Assembly (NCBI GenBank): GCA_019057375.1
Contig: DXJF01000114.1
Coordinates: 1-64,000 of the forward strand
Origin: Candidatus Heimdallarchaeota archaeon
GTDB lineage: Archaea; Asgardarchaeota; Heimdallarchaeia; Heimdallarchaeales; Heimdallarchaeaceae
Direction: 5' to 3'
Length of the DNA stretch: 64,000 bases
Shown here: positions 9,440-19,818 of the stretch, piece after piece
Layout of the letters: each line of letters opens with the position of its first letter
Position numbering within the stretch: position 1 is the stretch's first letter
Program-made: the position numbers and the translations under genes
Notes under the pieces: model-generated
What the model was told of the DNA's origin: nothing
Databases searched by the model: none
The model's input: the letters and a program-made list of their open reading frames with translations, nothing else

Positions 9440-10768
9440 TCAAAGGAAGTTTTTCTCTTTTAATATATCTTCTAGTTTTGGATAGCCAATTTCCTCAAGT
9501 TCATATTTTACCCTAACTATTGGTTTATTGACTTTAACTAGTCGAGTTATATCTATTGGAGTTGCTGAAATAACCACATCACAATCTGTATTATTGATAG
9601 TTTCTTCTAAATCTTTGAGCTGCTGTTCAAAATAACCCATGGCCGGAAGAAGAGGACCTATTTCTGGATATTTATCAAAAGTCTCTTTCATACTTCCAAC
9701 TAAATAGGGGCGAGGATCAACAAGTTCCTTTGCACCAAATCTTCTAGCTGCAACAACCCCAGCACCATATTTCATTTCACCATGAGTTAATGTTGGTCCA
9801 TCTTCTATTACCAAGACTCTTTTTCCTTTAACTAACTCGGGGTTATCTACAAAAATAGGGGAAGCAGCTTCAATTATGACTGCATTAGGATTAGCTTTTC
9901 GGATATTCTCCTCAAGTTCCATAACATTCTTGTAATCTGTTGTAGTTATTTTATTGACAACTACAACATCTGCTAGGTTGAGAGTTGTTTCTCCTGGATG
10001 ATACGAGGTCTCATGTCCCACTCTATGTGGATCTGCTATAACTATTTGTAAATCAGGTTGATAGAATGAAAAATCATTATTTCCTCCATCCCAGAGAATA
10101 ACATCTGCTTCCTTTTCAGCTTCTCTTAAAATAGCCTCATAGTCCACACCAGAGTATATCACTAAACCTTTGTCAATATAGGGTTCATATTCTTCTCTTT
10201 CTTCAATAGTTGTTTCATGTTTATCTAAATCAGAATATTTGGCAAATCTTTGAACAGCTTGTTTAACAAGATTACCATATGGCATTGGATGACGAATAGC
10301 TACGATTTTCTTCCCAGCATTATGTAAAAGTTGAACAATTTTTCGGGAAGTTTGGGATTTACCACTTCCAGTTCTAACTGCACATACACTGATTAAGGGT
10401 TTAGTGCTTTTAATCATTGTACCTTTAGTACCTAAAAGAGAAAAAGCTGCTCCACATGCGTTTACAAGTGATGCTTTGTGCATAACATATTCATGTGTAA
10501 CATCAGAATATGAGAATATTACCTCGTCTACATCATATTTTTTGATAGTTTCTACAAGTTCACTTTCATCATAAATGGGAATACCATTAGGATATAATTC
10601 TCCAGAGAGTTCAGCAGGATATTTACGATCAACAATATCTGGGATTTGTGTAGCAGTAAAAGCTACAACTTCATAAGATTCATTGGTACGATAATATGTG
10701 TTAAAGTTATGAAAATCCCTTCCTGCTGCGCCCATAATCAATATTTTTCTTCGTTTTGTGCTCATCAT
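9440..10768 (-). CDS. Cyclic 2,3-diphosphoglycerate synthetase-like P-loop protein
   Basis: MGAAGRDFHNFN, AVRTGSGKSQT, WDGGNND and EDGPTLTHG motifs. Confidence 0.8.
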   Translation of the reverse strand: MMSTKRRKILIMGAAGRDFHNFNTYYRTNESYEVVAFTATQIPDIVDRKYPAELSGELYPNGIPIYDESELVETIKKYDVDEVIFSYSDVTHEYVMHKASLVNACGAAFSLLGTKGTMIKSTKPLISVCAVRTGSGKSQTSRKIVQLLHNAGKKIVAIRHPMPYGNLVKQAVQRFAKYSDLDKHETTIEEREEYEPYIDKGLVIYSGVDYEAILREAEKEADVILWDGGNNDFSFYQPDLQIVIADPHRVGHETSYHPGETTLNLADVVVVNKITTTDYKNVMELEENIRKANPNAVIIEAASPIFVDNPELVKGKRVLVIEDGPTLTHGEMKYGAGVVAARRFGAKELVDPRPYLVGSMKETFDKYPEIGPLLPAMGYFEQQLKDLEETINNTDCDVVISATPIDITRLVKVNKPIVRVKYELEEIGYPKLEDILKEKNFL

Positions 10769-10971
10769 TGACCCTCAACGCTTCATAATTCGAACTATTG
10801 ATTGAGTATTAAAAAATTTGTGATTTACTAGCAAAGTAAAACTGGGAAAAATCAGATATGCAACCTCAAAAATTTTTTAAGCCTTTTTTTAATCTTAAAG
10901 CCGACTTATCATCGTTAATAAAAAACATTACTACTCCTTGTAAACCTAAAGATTAACCATATAAATGCGGA

Positions 10972-11259
10972 TTATTTCTGCTCAATTTTTCGGTTAATAT
11001 ACCATTGCATCAAAAAAATAACTCCTATCGATATTAGGAGTCCAAGAAAAGTTGCTACAATGAGTGATATACTACGTATTTTACTAGAAAGATTTTTGGT
11101 TGCAAAATAAGCAATCCCCATCCCACCAATGCTAAAAATAAAAGGAGCTGAAAATCCTAAAGCCAACATTTTCTTTGTAATTACAGAGGATTCTTTTTCA
11201 CTCATCTTAATATTAAATGGAGAGCATAACATTAAAATTTTATTAAATAAGCACTTCAA
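10972..11259 (-). CDS. Small two-TM membrane protein
   Basis: Two hydrophobic helices; true start probably at MSEKES. Confidence 0.5.
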   Translation of the reverse strand: MKCLFNKILMLCSPFNIKMSEKESSVITKKMLALGFSAPFIFSIGGMGIAYFATKNLSSKIRSISLIVATFLGLLISIGVIFLMQWYINRKIEQK

Positions 11260-11260
11260 A

Positions 11261-11845
11261 CTAATTATTGTCTAAATGAGATAGATGATTGCACACAATA
11301 GTTATCACATGAGAAGCTAGATAATCCTTTTCTCCTAAACTAATTGGAACATTTCTAATATCAAACAAAGCTTTTTCTTGTTCATCAGACAAGTCATGTT
11401 GACTTCCTAAAATAAAGCACAAAGAAAGATCGCTTTGAGTAAGTACCTTCTGTTTATCAATGGATAAACCTTCAGGCGTAAGATAAAAGATTGAGGAATC
11501 CTTAGCAAGATTATCTAATAATTTATTAAAACGTATCACTCTATATTCTGCTTTGTATTCTTTAGGGCTTGACAGAACATCTAGCATCATGTAGGTAGAA
11601 TCAATTTCATTTTGAAGAGTATCAAATTTATCTGAAATTGGAATGCTTAATACCTTTTGTTCTTGTTCATGGGACATATAAACTAATAATTGAATCTCCC
11701 TTTTTATTCTGTTATTCCATCTGCTTAAATTTAGCAAACAGCGTGAAAGAACATCTAGTCTTTCTTGGCCTCCTACGACTGATTTTATGGTTTTTTTAGT
11801 CGAGCTTCTTATGGTTGAAGAAGGAATCAAAAAGATTAATTTCAA
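11261..11845 (-). CDS. trmY: tRNA (pseudouridine54-N1)-methyltransferase, SPOUT family
   Basis: RLDVLSRC, FILGSQHDL and ISLGEKDYLASHVITI motifs. Confidence 0.75.
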   Translation of the reverse strand: MKLIFLIPSSTIRSSTKKTIKSVVGGQERLDVLSRCLLNLSRWNNRIKREIQLLVYMSHEQEQKVLSIPISDKFDTLQNEIDSTYMMLDVLSSPKEYKAEYRVIRFNKLLDNLAKDSSIFYLTPEGLSIDKQKVLTQSDLSLCFILGSQHDLSDEQEKALFDIRNVPISLGEKDYLASHVITIVCNHLSHLDNN

Positions 11846-11894
11846 GAGTTATTCCCCCAGCTTAAGAAAAGAATAAAGGAAGAAGATTGAAGAG

Positions 11895-12170
11895 TTATCC
11901 GCCTCTTCTATCATCTTTAGATCTTATGTTTGTCCTCCCTCTATGAATAGAGCAAGAAATACAATAATATGCAATCTTCTTTTGACGAGGAATATAAGCA
12001 CCTTCATCTCTAAGTTCTTTAGCTAACCTGTAATCAACTGCACTGGAATAGATGCTGAATTTTTTAGCTTTATCAGATGGAACTAATTTTCCGCAAGAAT
12101 GACATTGAACTGATGTGGCTCTACCTCGTTTTCCTCCAGACCTTCCTCCCGATTTTCTCTTTTTAGGCAT
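11895..12170 (-). CDS. rps26e: 30S ribosomal protein eS26
   Basis: MPKKRKSGGRS, VQCHSCGKLVPSDKA and YCISCSIH. Confidence 0.95.
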   Translation of the reverse strand: MPKKRKSGGRSGGKRGRATSVQCHSCGKLVPSDKAKKFSIYSSAVDYRLAKELRDEGAYIPRQKKIAYYCISCSIHRGRTNIRSKDDRRGG

Positions 12171-12256
12171 GTTAAATATTCACCTTCATTATACTGTACC
12201 TAAATCAGAAACTAAGTTTGAACTTTTAAATTTGTTGAAAAATGAGCGAGAAATGT

Positions 12257-12631
12257 CTATGAATCAATTTCTTTTGAAAATAGCTTCTCATAGGTTTGCT
12301 TGAGATATAGTTCTGCTTCATTCATCACTTCCTCACCAAATTTAGTGATTATATAGTATTTTCTGTCGATTCTTTCAGCACTATTTCTCATTTCTGTTTT
12401 TTTTACCAGACCTTCTCTTTCAAGAAGATATAATATTGTATAATTTGTTACAGTAGCTGGACTAAAGTTGAATCGTTCTTGGATTTCTTGTTTCAACTGA
12501 TAGGCATATTTTGGCTTTTCTCTTAGAAGTTTTAGAATCCATATCCAAAGTAAATCAATAGTGAGATTCTTCACTAGACGTTGATAAGCCTTGGAATCTT
12601 TTGAAGCTTTGACTGAATTTTCAGAACTCAT
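12257..12631 (-). CDS. PadR-family transcriptional regulator
   Basis: wHTH with YAYQL...Y-IL--LEREGLV...RKYYIIT--G. Confidence 0.85.
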   Translation of the reverse strand: MSSENSVKASKDSKAYQRLVKNLTIDLLWIWILKLLREKPKYAYQLKQEIQERFNFSPATVTNYTILYLLEREGLVKKTEMRNSAERIDRKYYIITKFGEEVMNEAELYLKQTYEKLFSKEIDS

Positions 12632-12685
12632 CGAATATAGAAGAAATAGCTTGTTTAAAAAATTTCAGTAGAAATGAAAAAGGAG

Positions 12686-13108
12686 TTATTTTAGTGGAAC
12701 ATACAGTGAGGATCTTGTTGCTCCAATACCTGGGGCTCCATGACGAACCACCTTTGTACTTGGTGAGAATTCACCTAAAAGATGTCCAATCATTAGTGGT
12801 TGAATTTCAATTTCTAAAAATTCACGACCATTGTAGACAGCTACTGTTACACCCACCATTTCAGGAAGAATGGGCATATCTCTAACATGAGTGCGAACAA
12901 TAGGTTTCTCGCCTTTATCTCCAGTTTCCATAGCCCTTCTAATATCTTCTAATAATTTCTTTCTTCGTGGGGTCCAGAATTCTTGACGAGATAAACTCCT
13001 TCTTCTTCTTGAAGGTAATAAGTCTAATATTTCATCCATGGACATTTGTTTTAATTCTTCTAATGTATATCCTCTATACCTGAATTTACGAGAAGACACC
13101 TTGTTCAA
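12686..13108 (-). CDS. rps19: 30S ribosomal protein uS19
   Basis: [18 protein letters not shown] and [25 protein letters not shown]. Confidence 0.97.
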   Translation of the reverse strand: MNKVSSRKFRYRGYTLEELKQMSMDEILDLLPSRRRRSLSRQEFWTPRRKKLLEDIRRAMETGDKGEKPIVRTHVRDMPILPEMVGVTVAVYNGREFLEIEIQPLMIGHLLGEFSPSTKVVRHGAPGIGATRSSLYVPLK

Positions 13109-13187
13109 CCGAGTTATTTGCCTTGAGAGTTATTTTAAACCTTTTGATTTTTGTTCATATTCTATGCATGTTTTAGGCAGTTACAGC

Positions 13188-14066
13188 TTAAAGAAGATAA
13201 TTTGAGAATAGCCACCCAAATAGAACTAGGATAAGAGAAAGAAAGACAGGTACTGGTAATCCTGGAAATTTACCATATCTAAAAAGCATATTTTCCGTAA
13301 TCTTAATTCCAACTAGAATACCAATTATGGAAACAAAACCAAGAATTGGGTCTAATTCTTTTGTTATGAAAGTAACCAGGGAAGAATAGAAGATAAAATC
13401 GCCAATTCCAATTGCAACTGACTGACTGATTTCAGGTTGAGTTTTAGATGAAATAGACAAATTTGTTTTCTTGAATATCTTACTTATAGGCCCCTTAAAG
13501 ACAGAATATATATCAAACAATGAAATTAGAACTATAAGAATTATGAATGTAATAAAGGAAAATATCATGCCAAATATTGTTCCCATGGCAATCCCTAGAA
13601 GAAAAATTATTGTATTTTTTACTTTAACACCACCTTTTCCTAGAATGAAGGACCAGATAGCGAAAAACCCCATAATTCCACCTAGTACTGCTGTGACAAT
13701 CTCAACCCAGAAAACATTCTCGAGGAATGTGACTTCAAAGAGATAGCCATGGATCCATAACATACACACAGAGGATGCAAAAAACGATAAGGCAAAGAAT
13801 AACTTCAAAACCAAGATTAGATGTTTTTTTAAAGCAAAAACAATCAGAAAGCCAGAACCAATAGCCACCGATACCAGAATTAAACCCTCTAAAATTTGAA
13901 AAGAGTATTCTCCTTCACCAGAAGGAAACAAAACGAGAAGAGTTTCCAAATTTGAATAGAGAACGCCGATTAAATAGCTTATTAGAATAACTGGTAAAAC
14001 AACAAGAGTAATTGGTTGTTGTGCTTGGAAAGCAATTAATAAAAACCGACCTTTGGATTCAGACAT
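13188..14066 (-). CDS. Presenilin-like intramembrane aspartyl protease (GxGD)
   Basis: FDIYSVFKGP, GIGDFIFY and PGLP motifs; about nine TMs. Confidence 0.88.
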   Translation of the reverse strand: MSESKGRFLLIAFQAQQPITLVVLPVILISYLIGVLYSNLETLLVLFPSGEGEYSFQILEGLILVSVAIGSGFLIVFALKKHLILVLKLFFALSFFASSVCMLWIHGYLFEVTFLENVFWVEIVTAVLGGIMGFFAIWSFILGKGGVKVKNTIIFLLGIAMGTIFGMIFSFITFIILIVLISLFDIYSVFKGPISKIFKKTNLSISSKTQPEISQSVAIGIGDFIFYSSLVTFITKELDPILGFVSIIGILVGIKITENMLFRYGKFPGLPVPVFLSLILVLFGWLFSNYLL

Positions 14067-14098
14067 ATCTCATTCACTTCATTAACTTTCTCAATTTT

Positions 14099-14521
14099 CT
14101 ATCCTGTGTACTGTAGTTTGATTCTATCATCTTCCTCCAAATAATAGTTACTAATTCCATAAGGAGAATATTGCCAATCATCTATTAGATAATCGTAATA
14201 ATAAAATGCCCAATAATCAGGAAGTACTTCGGAATACCCATTTACGCCCTTAACATATGATCCAAATGAGAAATTTGTTAATTCTAAATCTGCAACTAAG
14301 GAAAATGCAACAAGAGAAGAAGAACCCTCTTTAATAGTGACATTATATTCTTCATAATTGTTTATGGTTTTCAACGAACCGTAGTTAATAATTACTAACA
14401 CTGTAATCTCATCTCCATTCTCATTAGATTTTGTATTTTTGATATAGAATGAAAGAGCTATTGATATAATTGTCAGAATTATGATGGCTATTGCAAGAAA
14501 AATTATCTTTGATCGTTTCAA
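14099..14521 (-). CDS. DUF4430 (transcobalamin-like) membrane-anchored protein
   Basis: GSYVKGVNG...YWAFY...GISNYYLEEDDRI pattern. Confidence 0.7.
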   Translation of the reverse strand: MKRSKIIFLAIAIIILTIISIALSFYIKNTKSNENGDEITVLVIINYGSLKTINNYEEYNVTIKEGSSSLVAFSLVADLELTNFSFGSYVKGVNGYSEVLPDYWAFYYYDYLIDDWQYSPYGISNYYLEEDDRIKLQYTG

Positions 14522-15171
14522 GTTTTACCACCTTCAGATGCAATAGTTTCCTCATCATAAATAGAAGGAATCATTAGCTGTTTGATTCCTCTTGCCTTGA
14601 AAGCTGAATATATCCAGTTTATCATAGTCTTTGTGAAACTAAACAAAACAAAATTACTGACTACATGAGCTATGGTAAAAATAATGCCACTTCCAAGAAG
14701 TACTAACAAATATTGGAAAACAAAATCACTTCTAATGACTACAATCTGATATCCTATTGTAGTTAATATATCATAGATAATAGCAAAGAAACTTCCAAAG
14801 ACGCCTAATTCCCAATAAGAAAGCCTTAGGAATATTTTTCTCATTAAACTTGTAACCACAGCTAAACTAACATAGCATATTAATTTAAAAAAAATTAAAT
14901 AACCTGCAGACCCTATTATTGCTATTATAATAAACTCATAAACGACAGATATTGAAACAGCTACCATCAAACCATAGTAAACTCCAAACAATATTGAAAC
15001 GAGAAAAATAGTTACAGAAATGAACTCCATATTTGGGACAAAAACAACGATAGTGGAAAGAACAATTCCTAGGCTAGCTAACGATGCAGAAATAGATAGC
15101 TTAAGGATAATATTGATTCTGTTTTTAGGATTTCTTAGATGAACTTTCACTCTGTTTATCATTCTTAACAT
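14518..15171 (-). CDS. ECF transporter S component
   Basis: PNMEFISVTIF motif; about six TMs; next to DUF4430, as in CbrT-type loci. Confidence 0.7.
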   Translation of the reverse strand: MLRMINRVKVHLRNPKNRINIILKLSISASLASLGIVLSTIVVFVPNMEFISVTIFLVSILFGVYYGLMVAVSISVVYEFIIIAIIGSAGYLIFFKLICYVSLAVVTSLMRKIFLRLSYWELGVFGSFFAIIYDILTTIGYQIVVIRSDFVFQYLLVLLGSGIIFTIAHVVSNFVLFSFTKTMINWIYSAFKARGIKQLMIPSIYDEETIASEGGKT

Positions 15172-15329
15172 CCAATGTTAGTGCTTTACTAAAAGCCAAT
15201 TAGCAGATTGATATCATTTAAAAGTAAAAGTATTAGTGTTTTTCCTTCCATAATAATATCCACCTTAATTGAAAGAACTACGAAGGAGACTAACCTAACA
15301 TTTTTCAATATATTATAAGCAGTATTCTC

Positions 15330-15815
15330 ATGGAAAATAGTTCCTTTTCAGAAGATACAAAACTGCTTAAAGTGATTAATATAGATGTGCTTACAGCTAG
15401 TCCAGATGTTTTTACAGCTGAAAAGGACCAAAGTGGGATTGAATACACTGAAATTCCCTTATTGAATTTTGAACTTGAAAATGGTGAAAATTTCCTAATG
15501 GCAAGTATCCCTATTTCTATAGCTATTGATATTTCAAGGATTATTAGTGGAGTTAATGGCAATGATTCTCGACTTACACTAGCAGAACTTATTCCAGAGA
15601 TTTGTGTAGTTGAAAAAATCATAATCGATTCCATAATTCCTTATTCAAATGCTTATCAAGCAACTGTTGAAATTAGGTTGGAAGGATTTTCAGATGTTCA
15701 ACATTTTCAGATGGTTCCAAGTCATGCTACACTGTTAGCCCTGTTAGCTAATGCTGATATTTATGTATCTGAAAATATTATTAGAACGATTGATAATTTA
15801 GAGGATGAAGACTAA
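15330..15815 (+). CDS. Bifunctional nuclease (DUF151) family protein
   Basis: RLTLAEL...YQATVEI...PSHATLLAL...IYVSENII resembles the DUF151 RPSDAIALA...PIYV motif. Confidence 0.7.
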   Translation: MENSSFSEDTKLLKVINIDVLTASPDVFTAEKDQSGIEYTEIPLLNFELENGENFLMASIPISIAIDISRIISGVNGNDSRLTLAELIPEICVVEKIIIDSIIPYSNAYQATVEIRLEGFSDVQHFQMVPSHATLLALLANADIYVSENIIRTIDNLEDED

Positions 15816-15916
15816 ACATCAATCTGTAAAACTTATAAAATTGATAAACTATAAACTATTTAAGTGGATTGTAGATTATACTATCATCAGTTAAATCCGA
15901 TAAGAGAAGTGAACCA

Positions 15917-16087
15917 ATGACAGAAAAAAAGAAAAACAAAGTAGATGAAGAAGAAAAGAGTGAAATTGACACCGAAATCGAAGAAGAAGAGTATGGAAAT
16001 CGTGATTGGAAGAAGGTTCTTATTGGTATTTTATTTGTTTTGATTGTAATCATATTCTGGTACGTTATTGAATATGCAGCTAGATAA
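15917..16087 (+). CDS. Small acidic tail-anchored membrane protein (56 aa; not in ORF track)
   Basis: MTEKKKNKVDEEEKSEIDTEIEEEEYGNRDWKKVLIGILFVLIVIIFWYVIEYAAR*; fills the gap between co-oriented genes. Confidence 0.65.
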   Translation: MTEKKKNKVDEEEKSEIDTEIEEEEYGNRDWKKVLIGILFVLIVIIFWYVIEYAAR

Positions 16088-16901
16088 TGAATTATTGAGA
16101 AAAGAAAAATCATTTAAGTGTTTGGTACATCACTTTTTTAGTCCCATGGTCAATAGTCAGATAGTTATTAGTAATTTAATCAAATCTTATTCTTCTAAAG
16201 TTGAAGAGTTAACAGTATTACGGGGGATAAGTTTCGAAGTAGCTAGAGGCGATGTAATATGCTTTCTTGGCACTTCGGGTTCTGGAAAAACGACTACATT
16301 AAATCTTCTAGCTGGCATCGATAAACCAACAGCTGGAAAAATATATTATGATGGTAAAGACATCAATGATTGGACTACTGACCAACTCTTTGAATATAGA
16401 CTGAAAGAGATTGGCTTTATTTTTCAGGAATTTTACCTTCTTGAGCATCTTAATGCTTTAGAAAATGTAATGGTCCCCATAATTTTGCATGGAGAATCAG
16501 AGGAAATTGCTCAGGACTCTGCTCTCCAATTACTAAACCAAGTTGGTCTAGGGGAGAAAGCTCTAAATTTACCTCAAGAGCTAAGTTCAGGTGAGAAACA
16601 AAGAGTTTGTGTTGCTAGAGCAATAGCAAATAGTCCATCGGTTTTAATTGCTGATGAACCTACAGGTACTTTGGATAGTAAGACAGGGGATGGTATAATG
16701 TCTTTGCTATTAAGTCTAGCAAAGGAGAATAAAATGGCAATGATTTATACAACACATGATCCTTATTTTACAAAAATGGCTTCAAGAATTATTGTTCTGC
16801 AAAAAGGGGTAATCATTGAACATGATCCTGAAGACTTTGCAGACATAGGTTACGATAAATCGAAATTTGAATTTCTATTCAAGGGTGAAAACAATGAATG
16901 A
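16068..16901 (+). CDS. ABC transporter ATP-binding protein (LolD/MacB type)
   Basis: GTSGSGKTT, LSSGEKQRV, ADEPTG and TTHD; real start probably ATG near 16147. Confidence 0.92.
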   Translation: MNMQLDNELLRKEKSFKCLVHHFFSPMVNSQIVISNLIKSYSSKVEELTVLRGISFEVARGDVICFLGTSGSGKTTTLNLLAGIDKPTAGKIYYDGKDINDWTTDQLFEYRLKEIGFIFQEFYLLEHLNALENVMVPIILHGESEEIAQDSALQLLNQVGLGEKALNLPQELSSGEKQRVCVARAIANSPSVLIADEPTGTLDSKTGDGIMSLLLSLAKENKMAMIYTTHDPYFTKMASRIIVLQKGVIIEHDPEDFADIGYDKSKFEFLFKGENNE

Positions 16902-19800
16902 ACTAGATAACTATGTTGGTGAAGAAAAAAAACAAACCTTTCTTGAGAAGCTTCTAACAGGATTTTTATTTAACTTAAAATTAATTTGGAAGAACATTAG
17001 GAACAGAAAAAAAAGCATGTTAATAATAACAATAGGGTTGGTTTTTTCCCTATCTATTCTGTTTACTTCATCCATCTGGACTCAAACATCTCAACTAATA
17101 ATCGCAGACGACTATATAGAAACCTTAGATTATGAGATGTATGTTTCAACTTATCTCACAAATGCTATGGATTCAGTATATGCTTATACCTCAGACGATT
17201 TTCTTGTGAGGCAGGTTGACTGGTATTATCCTACCGTTGCTCTGTTTAACTTTGAAGATAAAGGACCCTATTATAGGTGGTATCCAGAGAATCAACAAGA
17301 TAATATGAGTAATCCAGTTTCATTAACTTCTGCACATATTATTTCATCAAGAGCAATTGACAGAATCAAACTGAATTTAGAAATTGATGGAAACGCTACC
17401 CTGAATTCTGGAGAAATCTTGATGAGTTATACACAAGCAAAGCAGTTGGAAGTAATTTATAACAAGACTATTTCTCCTGGTGATGAAGTCAATATTGCAA
17501 TAACAAGAAGAATCCCTAATACAGATATTGGGGAACATCAAATGAGGTTTTATGATATTAATGAAACGATTTTTACTAACTATACTATAGCGGGTATTTA
17601 CAAATATGTAGGATATAACACAGTCATAGCAAAACTACTAGGAGGGCTTGGAAACACGGGAGGTATGCTTCTAGACTCTATTTTCTTCCCTTTAGAAGAC
17701 CTATCAGGCATTGATCGGTTCATTATAGATTCGAATGGACTTTTACCAAGATTATTAGTTAAAGTTAATGCCCAACAGCTGAGAATAAATGGGATATCTC
17801 AAATGCCTGACAATCTTAATGCCCTCAGTGAAAGAATACAAATCAGATTCTTTCACGCTTATTGCTTTATTCTCTCTCAAGAAATTCAAACAATGGCCAA
17901 TGAATATGCAAGAACCTTCAGCTCAACGGCACTATTTACACCCGCAATCGTTGCTACAATTTTTCTAACCATTCTAGCTTCACAAATGACTGTTAAGAAA
18001 AGAAAGGAGGAAATAGCCTATCTACGATCAAAGGGAGCTGTTAGTAGTCAGATTATTGCAATATTTTTTGGTGAATTTATACTTGTTAGTACGTTTTCAC
18101 TGATTCTGAGCGTTGGAACGGGAATTTTATTGTCAGCTCTTATTCCTTCACTGGGTCATGAAGGATTCTTTAGCAAAGCACTTTTCACAAGATATTTTGA
18201 ATATCTAACTATATCTCCATATGATATTGAGATTTACTCAGTTTTAGTTCTAGGGATATATCTAGGGACGACGCTTCTCAATGTTATTTCTTTTGTTAGA
18301 AAAGATATACATGAATCTCTGATTATTACTGTAAGAGGGCAGCGTCTTCTAGGAATTGGGATAAAACTTGCTGCGTTCGCATTAACACTCTCGGGTTTTA
18401 TCTTTCTGATAGTAGACTATACTAGAATAGCCAAGAACAGTTACAGTTTTGGACCTGTTACAATAGGAGCTAGCTCGAATGCACTTTTAGTTTTTATAGC
18501 AGTGCTATTCTTTCTAAGTTACTTTGTTTCGATTGGAATTAATTATGTTCTTAGAGCAATTAAGAAAATTTACAGATTTGTCTTTAAGCAGAACTCATTT
18601 CTAGTTTATAAAAATATTAAAAGACAAACTAAGAGTTTACAAGATTTAACATTCTTTTTAATTCTAATAATTTGTTTACTTACTACGTTTGTAACCATTC
18701 GAACAACGACTATGCATAATAATACGCTCGAAGATTCATACAGAAGGGGTTCTGACATTAGAATTCAATCTCTTGTCGCTGTAAACATTTCTGAATTTGA
18801 AGAGAAGTTGGGAGGAATTGAGGGTATAGATGAAATTGTAGGTTTTCAATCAATTGAAGCAATTGTTGGATCACAAAATGTAGATGTGTTTGGAGTTGAC
18901 CCTTATAAATTCTTGAGTATTGGGAGATGGACGGATAGTAGTTTTGCTGATACAGATCCAGAAACGGCTCTAACAACGCTCGCAGAGACTCCTTCTAGTA
19001 TAATTCTCAGTGATTACATAGTTGATAGGCTTGAGTTTGCCATTGGTGAAAATATGTCTGTAACAGATTTCAGAGGAGGACCATTTACCAAGCAGTTTAA
19101 TGTTTCTGCAATGATAAAATCAGCTCCAGGATTAGGAATAGCACATGGATTTGATCCAAAAATGAACAGAGAAAATTATGAATGGGTACTCCTCAAAGAG
19201 GATATTCTTATCAATGACTTGGGTGTTCAAAATGGAACTTTATTCTTAGCTACAGCTGAGAAAGGAGCAAATTTAAACTTCATTAAAGAAAAAATAGAGG
19301 CATTATATCCACTAATGACTGTCAATCCACAACAGATTAATCCTGACTATATCGGGTATTTTATTGTAAAATATATTCCACACGTATCAATTACATTATT
19401 GATTGGGGCAATAATCTTGAATATTATTGGTGTTGTTTATATTTTAATATCAACTGATTTTATATTAGGACAAAGACGACAAGAAAACGCGGTTATATTA
19501 GCACTTGGGGGAAATCAAGGTAAAATACGGAAAATGTTAGTGGGTGAAATATCGGTTTTCTTAATATCAACACTGTTGATTGGAATTCCTCTAGGATTCT
19601 TAAGTTCATTATTAGCTTTGACATTCTTGAAACCACTTTTGATACCACATGAAGTAATTGCAATGACTCTGCATATTGATTTTGGTCTTTTAGCTATCAT
19701 GATAGTGACATTGTGTGTAGCAGCATTACTGGGTGTTATACCAATAATAAGAAAGCAAATGAAATATGAAATAGTTCAAGAATTACGAGCAATTGTTTGA
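16867..19800 (+). CDS. FtsX/MacB-type ABC permease (duplicated)
   Basis: Two FtsX-like TM blocks (RKEEIAYLRSKGA; RRQENAVILALGG) with large extracellular domains. Confidence 0.85.
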   Translation: MNFYSRVKTMNELDNYVGEEKKQTFLEKLLTGFLFNLKLIWKNIRNRKKSMLIITIGLVFSLSILFTSSIWTQTSQLIIADDYIETLDYEMYVSTYLTNAMDSVYAYTSDDFLVRQVDWYYPTVALFNFEDKGPYYRWYPENQQDNMSNPVSLTSAHIISSRAIDRIKLNLEIDGNATLNSGEILMSYTQAKQLEVIYNKTISPGDEVNIAITRRIPNTDIGEHQMRFYDINETIFTNYTIAGIYKYVGYNTVIAKLLGGLGNTGGMLLDSIFFPLEDLSGIDRFIIDSNGLLPRLLVKVNAQQLRINGISQMPDNLNALSERIQIRFFHAYCFILSQEIQTMANEYARTFSSTALFTPAIVATIFLTILASQMTVKKRKEEIAYLRSKGAVSSQIIAIFFGEFILVSTFSLILSVGTGILLSALIPSLGHEGFFSKALFTRYFEYLTISPYDIEIYSVLVLGIYLGTTLLNVISFVRKDIHESLIITVRGQRLLGIGIKLAAFALTLSGFIFLIVDYTRIAKNSYSFGPVTIGASSNALLVFIAVLFFLSYFVSIGINYVLRAIKKIYRFVFKQNSFLVYKNIKRQTKSLQDLTFFLILIICLLTTFVTIRTTTMHNNTLEDSYRRGSDIRIQSLVAVNISEFEEKLGGIEGIDEIVGFQSIEAIVGSQNVDVFGVDPYKFLSIGRWTDSSFADTDPETALTTLAETPSSIILSDYIVDRLEFAIGENMSVTDFRGGPFTKQFNVSAMIKSAPGLGIAHGFDPKMNRENYEWVLLKEDILINDLGVQNGTLFLATAEKGANLNFIKEKIEALYPLMTVNPQQINPDYIGYFIVKYIPHVSITLLIGAIILNIIGVVYILISTDFILGQRRQENAVILALGGNQGKIRKMLVGEISVFLISTLLIGIPLGFLSSLLALTFLKPLLIPHEVIAMTLHIDFGLLAIMIVTLCVAALLGVIPIIRKQMKYEIVQELRAIV

Positions 19801-19818
19801 TTTCTACATAGAATTGCT

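Noticed and set aside
15172-15329. Cobalamin riboswitch upstream of the ECF genes
   Set aside because: AT-rich divergent promoter region without a recognisable B12-box or core motifs.
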